A stretch of DNA of 64,000 nucleotides from an uncultured Gammaproteobacteria bacterium. Lineage in GTDB: Bacteria; Pseudomonadota; Gammaproteobacteria; Steroidobacterales; JBCCMA01. The notes beneath the pieces are model-generated. The model was not told where the DNA came from. It saw only the letters and a program-made list of their open reading frames with translations, and made no database searches. Below, one piece after another: positions 51,641-62,525 of this stretch (position 1 is the first letter of the stretch; every line of letters starts with the position of its first letter). The DNA lies in contig CAZXCL010000003.1 in NCBI GenBank assembly GCA_964639265.1, forward strand, positions 733 through 64,732, written 5' to 3'. The position numbers and the translations under genes are program-made.

Positions 51641-53143
51641 ATGACACAACAAAAACCGACCTTAAGCTTTTGGCAAATCTGGAACATGAGTTTCGGCTTT
51701 CTGGGGATCCAGTTTGGCTTTGCGCTGCAGAACGCCAATGTCAGCCGTATTTTTCAGACCCTCGGTGCCTCCATCGACGATTTGCCAATACTGTGGGTCG
51801 CGGCGCCTGCAACGGGGCTGATCGTGCAGCCGATCATCGGCTATTTCAGCGATCGCACGTGGAATTCACTTGGCAGGCGTCGACCGTATTTTCTGTTTGG
51901 CGCGATCCTCGCGTCCGCGGCGCTGTTTGTGATGCCCAATTCCCCCACGCTGTGGGTGGCCGCCGGCATGCTGTGGATCATGGATGCCAGCATCAACGTC
52001 TCCATGGAGCCGTTTCGCGCGTTTGTTGGCGACATGCTGCCGCGTCGCCAGCGTCCCACCGGCTTTGCCATGCAGAGCTTTTTTATTGGCATCGGCGCGA
52101 TCATCGCCTCGGCGTTGCCGTGGATGCTGGCGAACTGGTTTGGCGTCAGTAACGACGCGCCGGCCGGTGAGATTCCGCAGTCGGTACGTCTGGCGTTTTA
52201 TCTTGGCGGCGCCGTGTTCCTGCTGGCGGTGTTGTACACGGTGTTGACCACGCGCGAGTACTCGCCTGAACAGCTCGCGGCCTATGACGGCGAGCCTGCA
52301 GATTCTGACGAATCGATCAGCCATCATCGCAGCAAGAATGCCTATCTAAGTGGTGGACTGGTCTTTGTCGCGCTGGGCGCGGCGCTGGCTGCATGGGTGG
52401 GGTCCATGGGACTCGACAAGCAGCTGTTTGTGCTTGCCGGTGGCCTTGGCGCGTTTGGACTAATGCAACTGGCGGCCGGTCTGTTGCAGGGTGCGGGCAA
52501 GGTCGACAATGCCGCCTACCGTATTACCCACGATCTGTTTCACATGCCGCGTGTGATGCGTCAGCTTGCGTGGGTGCAGTTCTTTTCCTGGTTTGCCTTG
52601 TTCGCAATGTGGATTTACGGCACCTCCGCTGTCACCAGTCATCACTATGGTGCGCTGGAGGCCACGGCCGCAGGCTACAACGAAGGTGCCGACTGGGTCG
52701 GCGTGTTGTTTGCGGTCTATAACGGGTTTGCGGCCATTGCGGCGATCGCGATTCCGCTTCTCGTGCGACGTCTTGGCTGCCGTGTGTCGCATTTGATCCA
52801 TCTAACGCTGGGCGGCATCGGTTTGCTCAGTTTCTACTTTATCTCCGAGCCGCGGCTGCTGATGATTCCCATGATTGGTGTCGGCATTGCGTGGGCGTCG
52901 ATCCTGTCACTGCCCTACGTGCTGTTGGCCGGCGCGCTGCCGGCGCGCAAGATGGGCGTGTACATGGGTATTTTCAATTTCTTTATCGTCATTCCGCAGC
53001 TTGTGGCGGCCAGTGTTCTGGCGCTGGTGCTGCGCGAGCTGTTCGCCGGTCGGGCGATCTTTGGTCTGGTGATCGGCGGCGTGCTGATGATCGTGGCCGG
53101 ACTTACAACCATGTTGGTGGATGCACAGGCGGAACCGCAATGA
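51641..53143 (+). CDS. MFS/GPH-type sugar (maltose/maltodextrin-like) transporter
   Basis: Start at ATG 51641 (MTQQKPTLSFWQIW). 12 hydrophobic segments and the motif SLGRRRPYFLFG. Confidence 0.8.
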   Translation: MTQQKPTLSFWQIWNMSFGFLGIQFGFALQNANVSRIFQTLGASIDDLPILWVAAPATGLIVQPIIGYFSDRTWNSLGRRRPYFLFGAILASAALFVMPNSPTLWVAAGMLWIMDASINVSMEPFRAFVGDMLPRRQRPTGFAMQSFFIGIGAIIASALPWMLANWFGVSNDAPAGEIPQSVRLAFYLGGAVFLLAVLYTVLTTREYSPEQLAAYDGEPADSDESISHHRSKNAYLSGGLVFVALGAALAAWVGSMGLDKQLFVLAGGLGAFGLMQLAAGLLQGAGKVDNAAYRITHDLFHMPRVMRQLAWVQFFSWFALFAMWIYGTSAVTSHHYGALEATAAGYNEGADWVGVLFAVYNGFAAIAAIAIPLLVRRLGCRVSHLIHLTLGGIGLLSFYFISEPRLLMIPMIGVGIAWASILSLPYVLLAGALPARKMGVYMGIFNFFIVIPQLVAASVLALVLRELFAGRAIFGLVIGGVLMIVAGLTTMLVDAQAEPQ

Positions 53144-54846
53144 TGCGCAAATATCTGAACCCCGTTTCAAGTGGACTGCTCGCCGTGTGTATGCTCAGCG
53201 GCTGCGCCACGACGTTGAATACCGCGCCCGCAGACACCGGTGCACAGTACTACGGCACGCTCGAGCCGTTTGCGGCCAACGCGGTTTACTTTGTGGTCAC
53301 CGATCGCTTCGCCGACGGTGATCCTGGCAACAATTACCCGCAGCAGGGCGGCGATGATCAGCGCCGCACCTTTGACCGACCGATCGTTGACCTGGAAGGA
53401 CGCTCGGGCAACATCGGCTATCTGGGCGGCGACTTCAAAGGCATCGCGCAGTACGGCGACTACATTCGCGAGATGGGATTTGGCGCGCTGTGGCTCACGC
53501 CCATTGTTAGCAACCCGGACGAAGCGTTTACAGGCGGTTCAAAACTTGGTGAGGCGTTTTTCGCCGATCAGGGCAAGACGGGTTATCACGGTTACTGGGG
53601 CGTCAATTTCTACGAACAAGACGAGCATCTGGTGTCGCCGGGATTCGAGTTTGCCGATCTTACGCGTACGCTGCGCGACGAGTTTGGATTGCTGACCGTA
53701 CTGGATATCGTGTGCAACCACGGTTCCCCGTCCTACAGTATGCCCAGCGACCAGCCGATGTACGGTGAGATCTACGACGGCGACGGTCGGCTGGTGGCCG
53801 ATCATCAGAATCTGCATCCCACGCAGCTGCGTGACGACGAACCCCTGCATGCCTTTTTCCATCACGAGCCCGACCTGGCTGAGCTGTCGAACAACGACGA
53901 GACCAATCCGGCCGTGCTGGATTACTACGTCGATGCGTATCTGAAATGGATCGATCAGGGCGCGGCGGCGTTTCGTATCGACACGATCCGGCACATGCCG
54001 CATGCCTACTGGAAGCAGTTCAGCGATCGCATACGCGAACGTCATCCCGGTTTTTTCATGTTTGGTGAAAGCTTCGACTACAACGCGCGCAAGATTGCCG
54101 AACACACCTATCCGAAAAACGGCGCGATCAGCGTGCTGGATTTTCCCGGCCGCAAGGCCATTTCCGAGCTGTTTGAACGCACCGATCTGGGCTACGACCA
54201 CCTGCTCGATTACCTTCATTTGACCGACGGTGTTTATCAAAACCCGTACGAGCTGATGACCTTCTATGACAATCACGACATGGCGCGCATGGCCGCGAGT
54301 GACGAAGGATTTATCGATGCGCACAACTGGTTGTTCACCAGTCGCGGCATCCCGGTGATTTACTACGGCTCTGAAATGGGCTTTCGGGCCGGGGCGCCCG
54401 AGCACGGCGGCAATCGCGATTTCTTTGGCAAGGAAAATCTGGACAAGGCCGAGAATCACGCTATTCGCCAGAATCTTATGAAGGTGGCGCGTCTGCGTCA
54501 GTCCCTGCCGGCTCTGCAGCGCGGGCTGCAGGTCAATCTGGATTTCGATCGCGATACGGCGGCGTTCTATCGCGTGTTGCAGCATGACGGTGTCGCGCAA
54601 ACGGTGCTGGTGTTGCTCAACAAGAGTGATCAGGCCAGGGACATGGAGGTGACGCGCGGGCTGTCAGCCGGGCAGTGGCGCGATGGGGCATCGGATGTGC
54701 CGTATGCCGTCAGCGATGCTGACACGCGCATCACGGCAACGATCCCGCCCCATGGCGTGCGAGTGTTCGTGCTGGATGCCGCCAATACGTCGGCCTACCT
54801 GGCCGGCAAGCTCGCAAAACTGCAGATCAAAGCGCAGCGGCCGTAG
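53140..54846 (+). CDS. GH13 alpha-amylase-family lipoprotein
   Basis: Its ATG overlaps the MFS stop. Lipobox LAVCMLSGC. GH13 regions DIVCNHG, AFRIDTIRHM, FGESFD and FYDNHDM. Confidence 0.9.
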   Translation: MMRKYLNPVSSGLLAVCMLSGCATTLNTAPADTGAQYYGTLEPFAANAVYFVVTDRFADGDPGNNYPQQGGDDQRRTFDRPIVDLEGRSGNIGYLGGDFKGIAQYGDYIREMGFGALWLTPIVSNPDEAFTGGSKLGEAFFADQGKTGYHGYWGVNFYEQDEHLVSPGFEFADLTRTLRDEFGLLTVLDIVCNHGSPSYSMPSDQPMYGEIYDGDGRLVADHQNLHPTQLRDDEPLHAFFHHEPDLAELSNNDETNPAVLDYYVDAYLKWIDQGAAAFRIDTIRHMPHAYWKQFSDRIRERHPGFFMFGESFDYNARKIAEHTYPKNGAISVLDFPGRKAISELFERTDLGYDHLLDYLHLTDGVYQNPYELMTFYDNHDMARMAASDEGFIDAHNWLFTSRGIPVIYYGSEMGFRAGAPEHGGNRDFFGKENLDKAENHAIRQNLMKVARLRQSLPALQRGLQVNLDFDRDTAAFYRVLQHDGVAQTVLVLLNKSDQARDMEVTRGLSAGQWRDGASDVPYAVSDADTRITATIPPHGVRVFVLDAANTSAYLAGKLAKLQIKAQRP

Positions 54847-54854
54847 CCTGAGAA

Positions 54855-55880
<1,026 letters not shown>

Positions 55881-56033
55881 GGCGCAAGAGTAAACGTGCT
55901 TTGGACGATGTGCCAACATTTGTCCCGCGCTGTCCCGCGTAACGATTTGTTTCTGTGTAGATTCATACCGGGTTTAACGAACGGCAGCCCGCAGGCTATA
56001 TTGGCGCCTCGCCCCTGATTCCATGGTGTCTGT

Positions 56034-57557
56034 TTGAACCCTTCGCCCGACTCGCCCGCGCTCGACCGCTGGCTCCTGCTGCCAGCGCTCGGCGTGGCGG
56101 TGCTGATCAGCGCAATGCTGATCGGCTATCCGGAGCAGGCTGGCGTGGTAACCCGCGGTGCAATGCAATGGGTGACGGCCCGGTTTGGCTGGCTGTTTTT
56201 GCTGACCGGACTTAGCAGCGTCGCGTTTGCGGCCTGGCTTGCGTTTGGGCGCTATTCGGACGTTTTGCTGGGGTCCGAGGGTGAGCCACCTGAGTTTTCG
56301 CTGCCAAGCTGGATCGCCATGATGTTCACCGCCGGTATCGGCGCCAGTCTGGTGGCCTGGGGCTTCGGAGAGCCCATGTTTTACCTCGCCACGCCGCCGT
56401 TTGGCATTGAGCCGAATTCCGATCTGGCGGTCGAATGGGCCCACGCCTATCCCCTGTTTCACTGGGGGCTCGTGCCGTGGGCGATGTATGCGATTCCGGC
56501 TGTGCCGGTGGCGTACTTGTTGTTTGTGAAGCGCCGCGAAGGACTGCGTGTGGGCGCGGTGTGCGCGCTGGCCTTGCCCGAGCGAATTCGGGCACCGGCA
56601 ACGCGCGCGATCGATCTTCTTATTGTTCTGGGCATTGTGGGCGGTGCGGCAACGTCGCTTGGGGTGGGTGTGCCGCTGGTCTCTGCCATGCTCGCACGCT
56701 TGTTTGATGTGCCCGACGCGCTTGGATTGAAGATACTGGTGCTGGTGGCCTGGACGCTGTTGTTTGGCACCAGCTGCTACCGCGGCCTGAAAGGTGGCAT
56801 CCGCGTGCTGGCCGACTTCAACATGGTGCTGGCCATTGTCATGATTGTGTTTGTTCTGTTGGTCGGGCCCACCGCGCTGATTGTCTCGCTCACGACCAAC
56901 AGCATCGGCATTGTTGTCGACAACTTTTTTCGCATGGCGCTGTACACCGATCCGGTAACGCAAAGCGGCTGGCCCCAGTCCTGGACCATTTTCTACTGGG
57001 CCTGGTGGCTTGCCTACGCACCCATGATGGGCTTGTTTTTCGGGCGCATCTCACGCGGCCGCACGGTGCGTCAGGTTGTGCTCGGCATCATTGGTTTCGG
57101 CATGCTCGGTACGTGCACTTACCTGGCTATCGCCGGTGGCTTCAGCCTCGGGCTGCATCTTGATGGCGTGGTACCAATTGCCGCGACGCTTGCCGATGAG
57201 GGCATGTCGGCCATGGTGGCGCAGATCATTGACGCTCTGCCGCTGGCGCCGTTCACGCTTGCTGCGTTTACCTTGCTCAGTGTCGTGTTTTACGCCACCT
57301 GTCTGGATTCGGCCGCGTATGTGCTTGCCGCCATCTGCACACGCCAGCTCCCTTCGAGTGCGGAGCCGGCGCGACCGCTGCGCCTGATCTGGGCCGCGGC
57401 ACTTGCCCTGATCGCCGGTGGCGTACTCAGCGTCGGCGGACTGGATACCGTGAAAACCGGCACGATCCTGTCGGCGCTGCCGCTGATTCCGGTTGTGGCG
57501 TTGATGTGCCTGGCGCTGATTATTCAGTTACGCCGCGATGCAAAAAATAGGCGATAA
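56034..57557 (+). CDS. BCCT-family (betaine/carnitine/choline-type) transporter
   Basis: Signature WTIFYWAWWLAYAPMMGLFFGRISRGRT and 12 hydrophobic segments. TTG start per the track, so the start is uncertain. Confidence 0.85.
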   Translation: MNPSPDSPALDRWLLLPALGVAVLISAMLIGYPEQAGVVTRGAMQWVTARFGWLFLLTGLSSVAFAAWLAFGRYSDVLLGSEGEPPEFSLPSWIAMMFTAGIGASLVAWGFGEPMFYLATPPFGIEPNSDLAVEWAHAYPLFHWGLVPWAMYAIPAVPVAYLLFVKRREGLRVGAVCALALPERIRAPATRAIDLLIVLGIVGGAATSLGVGVPLVSAMLARLFDVPDALGLKILVLVAWTLLFGTSCYRGLKGGIRVLADFNMVLAIVMIVFVLLVGPTALIVSLTTNSIGIVVDNFFRMALYTDPVTQSGWPQSWTIFYWAWWLAYAPMMGLFFGRISRGRTVRQVVLGIIGFGMLGTCTYLAIAGGFSLGLHLDGVVPIAATLADEGMSAMVAQIIDALPLAPFTLAAFTLLSVVFYATCLDSAAYVLAAICTRQLPSSAEPARPLRLIWAAALALIAGGVLSVGGLDTVKTGTILSALPLIPVVALMCLALIIQLRRDAKNRR

Positions 57558-57563
57558 TGCCGC

Positions 57564-58493
57564 ATGCCTGATATTCACGATCAACGCGCTCTGCGCAACG
57601 CGCTGGGGACGTTCGCCACGGGCGTGACGGTGGTCACGACGCTCGACGCCGACGGCAAACCCTGGGGCTTTACCGCCAACTCGTTTACCTCAGTGTCGCT
57701 CGACCCGCCGCTGGTGCTGTTTTGCCTGGCGCGCGAGGCCGGCAGTCTGCCGGTGTTCGAGGCGGCGTCGCATTTTGCGATCAACATTCTGGCCGATCAG
57801 CAGGCCGATACGTCCATGCTGTTTGCCTCCGGCGATCGTGAGAAGTTCGATCGGGTTGGCTGGCGCGCTGCCGACAGCGGTTGTCCGCTGCTTGATGATG
57901 TGGCGGCGTGGTTTGACTGCGACGTGCATAACGTTGTGGACGGCGGCGACCATCTGATTTTCATCGGGCGTGTGACCAACTTCGACTCACACAACGTCGC
58001 GCCGCTAGGTTACTGTCGCGGCGCCTACGTGCCGCTTGCCCTTGATCATCGCATGTTCCAGGCGACCGGTGCGGGCAACACCTTGAGCGTCAGTGTGATT
58101 GTGGAACACGACTGGTCGGTGTTGTTACGCAAAGATGCCGACACCGGCGAACTGAGTCTGCCTACGGCACCCAACCTCGGCGGCGCTGGAAAACCCGGCA
58201 GCTTGCTCAAGCTGCTGGCCGACGGCGGTGTCCACGAGCCGGCGATTTTTGTTTTTCGCGTGCTGGATGATGCCGTCGAACATCGAGTGATTTATCGCAC
58301 GGAGCTTGCCGCGCCCATGACGCCCGCTGACGCGTCCATGGCATTCTACTCGCTCGACTCACTGGACTGGGAAGCGCTGCGAGATTCGGTGACGCGGCAG
58401 ACGTTGGAGCGATATGCGCGTGAGCGCAGTGACGACTCGTTTGGGGTGTACGTGGGTGGTGGGCGTCATCCGTCGCGGCATGCGTTGCGGTGA
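57564..58493 (+). CDS. Flavin reductase-domain protein with an unassigned about 150-aa C-terminal extension
   Basis: ALGTFATGVTVVTTLDADGKPWGFTANSFTSVSLDPPLVLFCL is flavin-reductase-like. The C-terminal half has no motif I can name. Confidence 0.7.
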   Translation: MPDIHDQRALRNALGTFATGVTVVTTLDADGKPWGFTANSFTSVSLDPPLVLFCLAREAGSLPVFEAASHFAINILADQQADTSMLFASGDREKFDRVGWRAADSGCPLLDDVAAWFDCDVHNVVDGGDHLIFIGRVTNFDSHNVAPLGYCRGAYVPLALDHRMFQATGAGNTLSVSVIVEHDWSVLLRKDADTGELSLPTAPNLGGAGKPGSLLKLLADGGVHEPAIFVFRVLDDAVEHRVIYRTELAAPMTPADASMAFYSLDSLDWEALRDSVTRQTLERYARERSDDSFGVYVGGGRHPSRHALR

Positions 58494-58557
58494 GGGTTCG
58501 TTTTATATTTTACGATACTGTTCGTAATTGCTCTGTTCATTCAGGAAAGAGCAGCCC

Positions 58558-58893
58558 GTGACCAGACTCGCCGCGATCTTGCCTCTGATGCTTTGTGTAT
58601 TCGCCTGCACCACGACGGGCGCTCCTGAGTCCATACCAACTGAAGGGGAGACTGGCTCTTCGTCCAAGCCGCTTCCGAGAAACCCCGGCCGTTCCGCCGA
58701 AGGTGTTGTGCTGGGCATTGCGGCACCGTCCGCTACAGGCTCGAAAGACGAGTCAAATGAAATCATCTGTCGTAAAGAACCTATCCTTGGCAGCAACTTC
58801 AGAAAAAAACGCTGTCGATCTGCCGCTGAAATCGAAGCCGAAGAAGAAAACACACAATTTCTGCTTCGTGATTTCATCTTGCGCTCGCAGTGA
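58558..58893 (+). CDS. Small lipoprotein
   Basis: GTG 58558 behind AGGAAAGAG. Lipobox LPLMLCVFAC. The rest is low-complexity and charged. Confidence 0.45.
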   Translation: MTRLAAILPLMLCVFACTTTGAPESIPTEGETGSSSKPLPRNPGRSAEGVVLGIAAPSATGSKDESNEIICRKEPILGSNFRKKRCRSAAEIEAEEENTQFLLRDFILRSQ

Positions 58894-58971
58894 TGCATGC
58901 AGCTAGAGGAGGGAGGTTCTCCGACTAGTGGCATTTGCCTTGAATGGGAACCCTGCTACGGTGAAGTAGCA

Positions 58972-59187
58972 ATGGCGAAAGAAACCCTCAAAAAGTTGTT
59001 GGCCTTGCCTCTTGAGGAGCGGCTCAAGCTTTCACATCGCCTGTGGGAGAGCCTGCATTCAAGTGCGATAAATGATGCACCGTTGCCCGCTTCGGAACGT
59101 GAACTCCTCGAATCACGATTGGATGGCTACGATGCCCATCCCAACTCGGCATCCCCTACGCTGGACGCAACCCCACAAATCGTCTAG
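58972..59187 (+). CDS. Addiction-module antitoxin-like protein (TIGR02574-type), apparently orphan
   Basis: Start at ATG 58972. LLALPLEERLKLSHRLWESL is the hallmark N-terminus of that family (from memory). No toxin ORF follows. Confidence 0.45.
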   Translation: MAKETLKKLLALPLEERLKLSHRLWESLHSSAINDAPLPASERELLESRLDGYDAHPNSASPTLDATPQIV

Positions 59188-59247
59188 GTCTTGGCCAAAC
59201 GCAGCTGGACAGAATGTGTGGCGTATACGTTAGAAAGGAGCAGCGAA

Positions 59248-59274
59248 AGGCCGGCAGCAGAACGCTGCCGGCCT
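59248..59274. terminator. Strong hairpin, likely a bidirectional terminator
   Basis: An 11-bp stem AGGCCGGCAGC/GCTGCCGGCCT with a 5-nt loop between convergent genes. The minus-strand reading is followed by TTTCGCTGCTCCTTTC. Confidence 0.5.
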
Positions 59275-59295
59275 CATAATCAATCCGCACTCAGA

Positions 59296-61350
59296 TCACG
59301 GATTCCACTCCGCGCTGACATTCACGCCAGAATAAGTTCGATACGCCCGCACACCAATGTGCCAGGTGCCGGACTGCGGGTTGTTGAACGTGCAGGTTTC
59401 GCTGTTGCCGTTGCGGTACGGACGGCAGTTGTAACTACCCGTTGTCGGCGCCGCGCCACGACGCACGTAGAGGTCAGCATCGCCGCTGCCGCCGCTGATG
59501 CGGACGACCAGACTCGACATGCCCGAGGGCACGCTGATGGTGTAACGGTTCCAGTTGCCCTGCGACGCTGACTGGTTGTTACGGCTGAAGGTGCCGCCCG
59601 TCGGGCCGCCGCCGGTATCGAAGCTGCCCACGAGACGCACATTCGAGAACGTGGAGTAGGCGCGGACCATCACGTGGTAAGTGCCGGCTTGCACGTTTGA
59701 GATGTTGCAGGTCTCGTTGTTGCCGTTCAGATAAGGACGGCAGTTGTAGCTACCCGTGGTCGGCGGTGAACCAAAGCGCACGTAGAGATCGGCATCGCCG
59801 CTGCCACCGCTGATCGCAAACGACAGATTGCTGGCGCCAGCCGGCACGCTGAGCGTGTAGCGCAGCTCGGTGCCCGTGCTGCCGGAAAGCCCGGTTCTGG
59901 CCACGCCGTTTTGCAGTACATTGCCGCCACCCGGAGGGCCGCCTCCGCCGCTCACGGCCGCGACCGCTGCAGCGGCATCCACGAGACCGCTGCCGCACTG
60001 ACTGCACGACGACGGGAACGAGCGGGCCGTGCTCTTCAATGTGCTTTCGATTTCGTTGGGCGTCAGCGAGGGGTCTTCGGCCAGCATCAAAGCCGCCACA
60101 CCGGCCACATGCGGTGCGGCCATGCTGGTGCCCTGATAGAACGCGTAGTTGTCGGATCCGGGCGTTGAGCTGCCGGTGTTCAGAGTGGAGAGCACACCGT
60201 TCGAAGCACTGGCGCGAATGTCGCCGCCGGGTGCGGCGACGTCGACCACTGAACCGAAGTTGGAGAAATACGACCGACCGCCACTGCGATTGGTCGAGGC
60301 GACGGTCACCACACCGCTGCAGTTGGCCGGCGTCGCGCCCGAGGCGTTAACCGCCGAGTTACCGGCCGCCACGACGACCACAGCGCCGTTGCTGCGCGCC
60401 GAGTTAATCGCCGACTGACTGGTGGACGGGCAGCTGCCGCCGCCGCCCAGGCTCAGGTTGATGACCTTGGCCGGGTTGGCGTTGTTCGGCACGCCGCTGA
60501 CCGAGCCACCGGCTGCCCAGCGAATGCCGTCAGCAATATCCGAGGTGAAGCCGCCGCAGCGACCCAAAGCACGAATGGGCACCACTTTGGCGCCAAACGC
60601 CACGCCGGCAACGCCACTATTGTTGTTGGTGCGGGCCGCTACCGTTCCGGCCACGTGGGTGCCGTGCCAGCTGCTGCCGCGCGCGGGCTCACCCGGACCG
60701 CAGTCGCCGGCCAGCGTCCAGTCGCCCGGGTCGCGGGCATCGCTGTCGCGACCGTTGCCATCGCGCGCAGTAAACGTGCTGGATATCATGTCGTAGCCGG
60801 GCAGAAGATTGGCGTTGAGATCGACGTGCGGCCGGTAGCCGGTGTCGATCACAGCCACGACCACGCCGCTGCCGGTGGAGGTGTTCCACGCGGTGGGCAG
60901 GCGCATGCCGCCGGTGTTTTCGAAATAGTGCCACTGCTCGTTGTAGCGCGAGTCGTTGGGCGTCAGAAGTGGCTGCAGCAGCTGATCCGGCTCGGCGTAT
61001 TCGATGTTTGGATCGGTGGCCATTTGCGCCAGCATCTTGTTGAGGTCGTCCAGCGAGTGCCATTTGCCGAGCTTGAAAACATCGGCGCCGTTAAAGACGC
61101 TGCGGTGAAACTCGGTACGCAGTCCCGTGCTTTGGGCGACGGCCGAGGCTCGGACGCTCTTGTCCGCGGCTATGCTGCGACCCAGCGCGCTGTTGCTGAC
61201 CGCCTGCTCCTTGAATTTAACGATGATCTGATTGGTGTGCTGATAGGCCTTGGCGTCCTGCGATGAGCCGGCCGACGCGCCGACCGCCGTCAGGCCCAGC
61301 GCGGTGATCCCGGCCAACATCCCGACGCATCTGGATTTGATTCCCTGCAT
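59296..61350 (-). CDS. Secreted subtilisin-family (S8) serine protease with two C-terminal pre-peptidase (PPC) domains
   Basis: Asp motif VVAVIDTGY, His motif WHGTHVAGT and Ser motif GTSMAAPHVAG. Two repeats carry GGSGDADLYVR...SYNCRPY. A signal peptide is present. Confidence 0.9.
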   Translation of the reverse strand: MQGIKSRCVGMLAGITALGLTAVGASAGSSQDAKAYQHTNQIIVKFKEQAVSNSALGRSIAADKSVRASAVAQSTGLRTEFHRSVFNGADVFKLGKWHSLDDLNKMLAQMATDPNIEYAEPDQLLQPLLTPNDSRYNEQWHYFENTGGMRLPTAWNTSTGSGVVVAVIDTGYRPHVDLNANLLPGYDMISSTFTARDGNGRDSDARDPGDWTLAGDCGPGEPARGSSWHGTHVAGTVAARTNNNSGVAGVAFGAKVVPIRALGRCGGFTSDIADGIRWAAGGSVSGVPNNANPAKVINLSLGGGGSCPSTSQSAINSARSNGAVVVVAAGNSAVNASGATPANCSGVVTVASTNRSGGRSYFSNFGSVVDVAAPGGDIRASASNGVLSTLNTGSSTPGSDNYAFYQGTSMAAPHVAGVAALMLAEDPSLTPNEIESTLKSTARSFPSSCSQCGSGLVDAAAAVAAVSGGGGPPGGGNVLQNGVARTGLSGSTGTELRYTLSVPAGASNLSFAISGGSGDADLYVRFGSPPTTGSYNCRPYLNGNNETCNISNVQAGTYHVMVRAYSTFSNVRLVGSFDTGGGPTGGTFSRNNQSASQGNWNRYTISVPSGMSSLVVRISGGSGDADLYVRRGAAPTTGSYNCRPYRNGNSETCTFNNPQSGTWHIGVRAYRTYSGVNVSAEWNP

Positions 61351-61590
61351 GTGGATTCCCCTTTAGAAGTAAAACAAAAACGAAACCGGCTTTAGCGATT
61401 GTTATTGTTTTGTTTCTGAAGAAACCGGCCGACCGAACATACGCCTCGCGGGGCGCGCCTCGCAACCGCGGGTTAACCCGAGTAGACGGGCACTGGAAAA
61501 AGCCGCAGGCGGACGCTTTTGGGGGCGAATTGTGGGCTGTGATCTGCGATCATTGGCGCCTTTCATGACGCCCCCGGGGAGCAGATCAGC

Positions 61591-62466
61591 ATGGCCCAGA
61601 TTATCGACGGCAAGAAAAAAGCCCAGGCGTTGCGCGAGGATGTGGCGCGACGCACACAACAGCTCAAAGAAGCTAGCGGGATAGTGCCTGGCCTTGCCGT
61701 GGTGCTCGCCGGAGACGATCCGGCTTCCCAGGTTTATGTTCGCAATAAGGGCATTCAGGCGGTCGAGGCCGGATTCGAATCGTTTACGCATCGTCTTGCA
61801 GACAGCGTGAGCGAAGACGAGGTTTTGAGCCTCGTCGAGACTTTGAATCAGGATGACAAAGTGCACGGAATCCTCGTACAGCTGCCTCTGCCCAAGCATA
61901 TTGATGAACAAAAAGTCATTGATCGTATCAATCCGGATAAGGATGTCGACGGATTTCATGTCACCAATGCCGGACGCCTTGCGGTCGGGCTTGACGGTTT
62001 TGTGCCCTGCACGCCGCTCGGATGCAGCATGATGATTCGCGACTGCAGGGACGATCTGTCGGGTCTGCACGCCGTCGTGGTAGGCCGTTCCAATATTGTC
62101 GGCAAGCCGATGGCTGCGCTGCTGCTGCAGGCAAACTGTACGGTAACCATCGCGCACTCGCGTACGCGTGATCTGCCGGCCCTGTGTCGCGAGGCCGATA
62201 TCCTGGTCGCGGCGGTGGGGCGCCCGCATATGATCAAGGGAGACTGGATAAAGCCCGGCGCAATTGTGATTGATGTGGGGATCAACCGCGTGGAAAAAGA
62301 AGGCGGCGGCACGCGCCTGATCGGTGATGTGGATTACGACGCTGCGGCCGAACACGCCGGCTTTATTACGCCCGTGCCCGGCGGCGTGGGCCCCATGACC
62401 ATTGCTTGCTTGCTGAGCAATACGCTTTTGTCGGCAAGCCGCCATGCCGCGCGCTTGAGCGGCTAG
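61591..62466 (+). CDS. folD: Bifunctional methylenetetrahydrofolate dehydrogenase/cyclohydrolase
   Basis: MAQIIDGKK..., [49 protein letters not shown] and [11 protein letters not shown]. Confidence 0.95.
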   Translation: MAQIIDGKKKAQALREDVARRTQQLKEASGIVPGLAVVLAGDDPASQVYVRNKGIQAVEAGFESFTHRLADSVSEDEVLSLVETLNQDDKVHGILVQLPLPKHIDEQKVIDRINPDKDVDGFHVTNAGRLAVGLDGFVPCTPLGCSMMIRDCRDDLSGLHAVVVGRSNIVGKPMAALLLQANCTVTIAHSRTRDLPALCREADILVAAVGRPHMIKGDWIKPGAIVIDVGINRVEKEGGGTRLIGDVDYDAAAEHAGFITPVPGGVGPMTIACLLSNTLLSASRHAARLSG

Positions 62467-62475
62467 TCGGCGAAA

Positions 62476-62513
62476 GGCGGGCCCGGTCAATGACCGAGCC
62501 CGCCTTGTTCTTT
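62476..62513. terminator. Bidirectional rho-independent terminator between folD and amtB
   Basis: Stem GGCGGGC(CCGGTC)/(GACCGA)GCCCGCC followed by TTGTTCTTT. AAA precedes it for the opposite strand. Confidence 0.6.
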
Positions 62514-62525
62514 CGCTACGGCGTC

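Noticed and set aside
55974-56963. 329-aa minus-strand ORF, and likewise 61402..62571 (389 aa)
   Set aside because: They are antisense to the BCCT transporter and folD respectively. Both are Arg/His/Gln-rich with no domain signature.
59191-59571. 126-aa plus-strand ORF considered as the missing toxin of the antitoxin-like gene
   Set aside because: Most of it lies antisense inside the S8 protease gene. It shows no RelE/ParE-like features, and the strong terminator hairpin at 59248-59274 sits inside it.
61382-61429. 9-bp direct repeat GAAACCGGC (61382 and 61421) flanking an A/T-rich stretch upstream of the protease gene
   Set aside because: It is too short to distinguish from chance and I have nothing to compare for conservation. 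It may still be part of the protease promoter.
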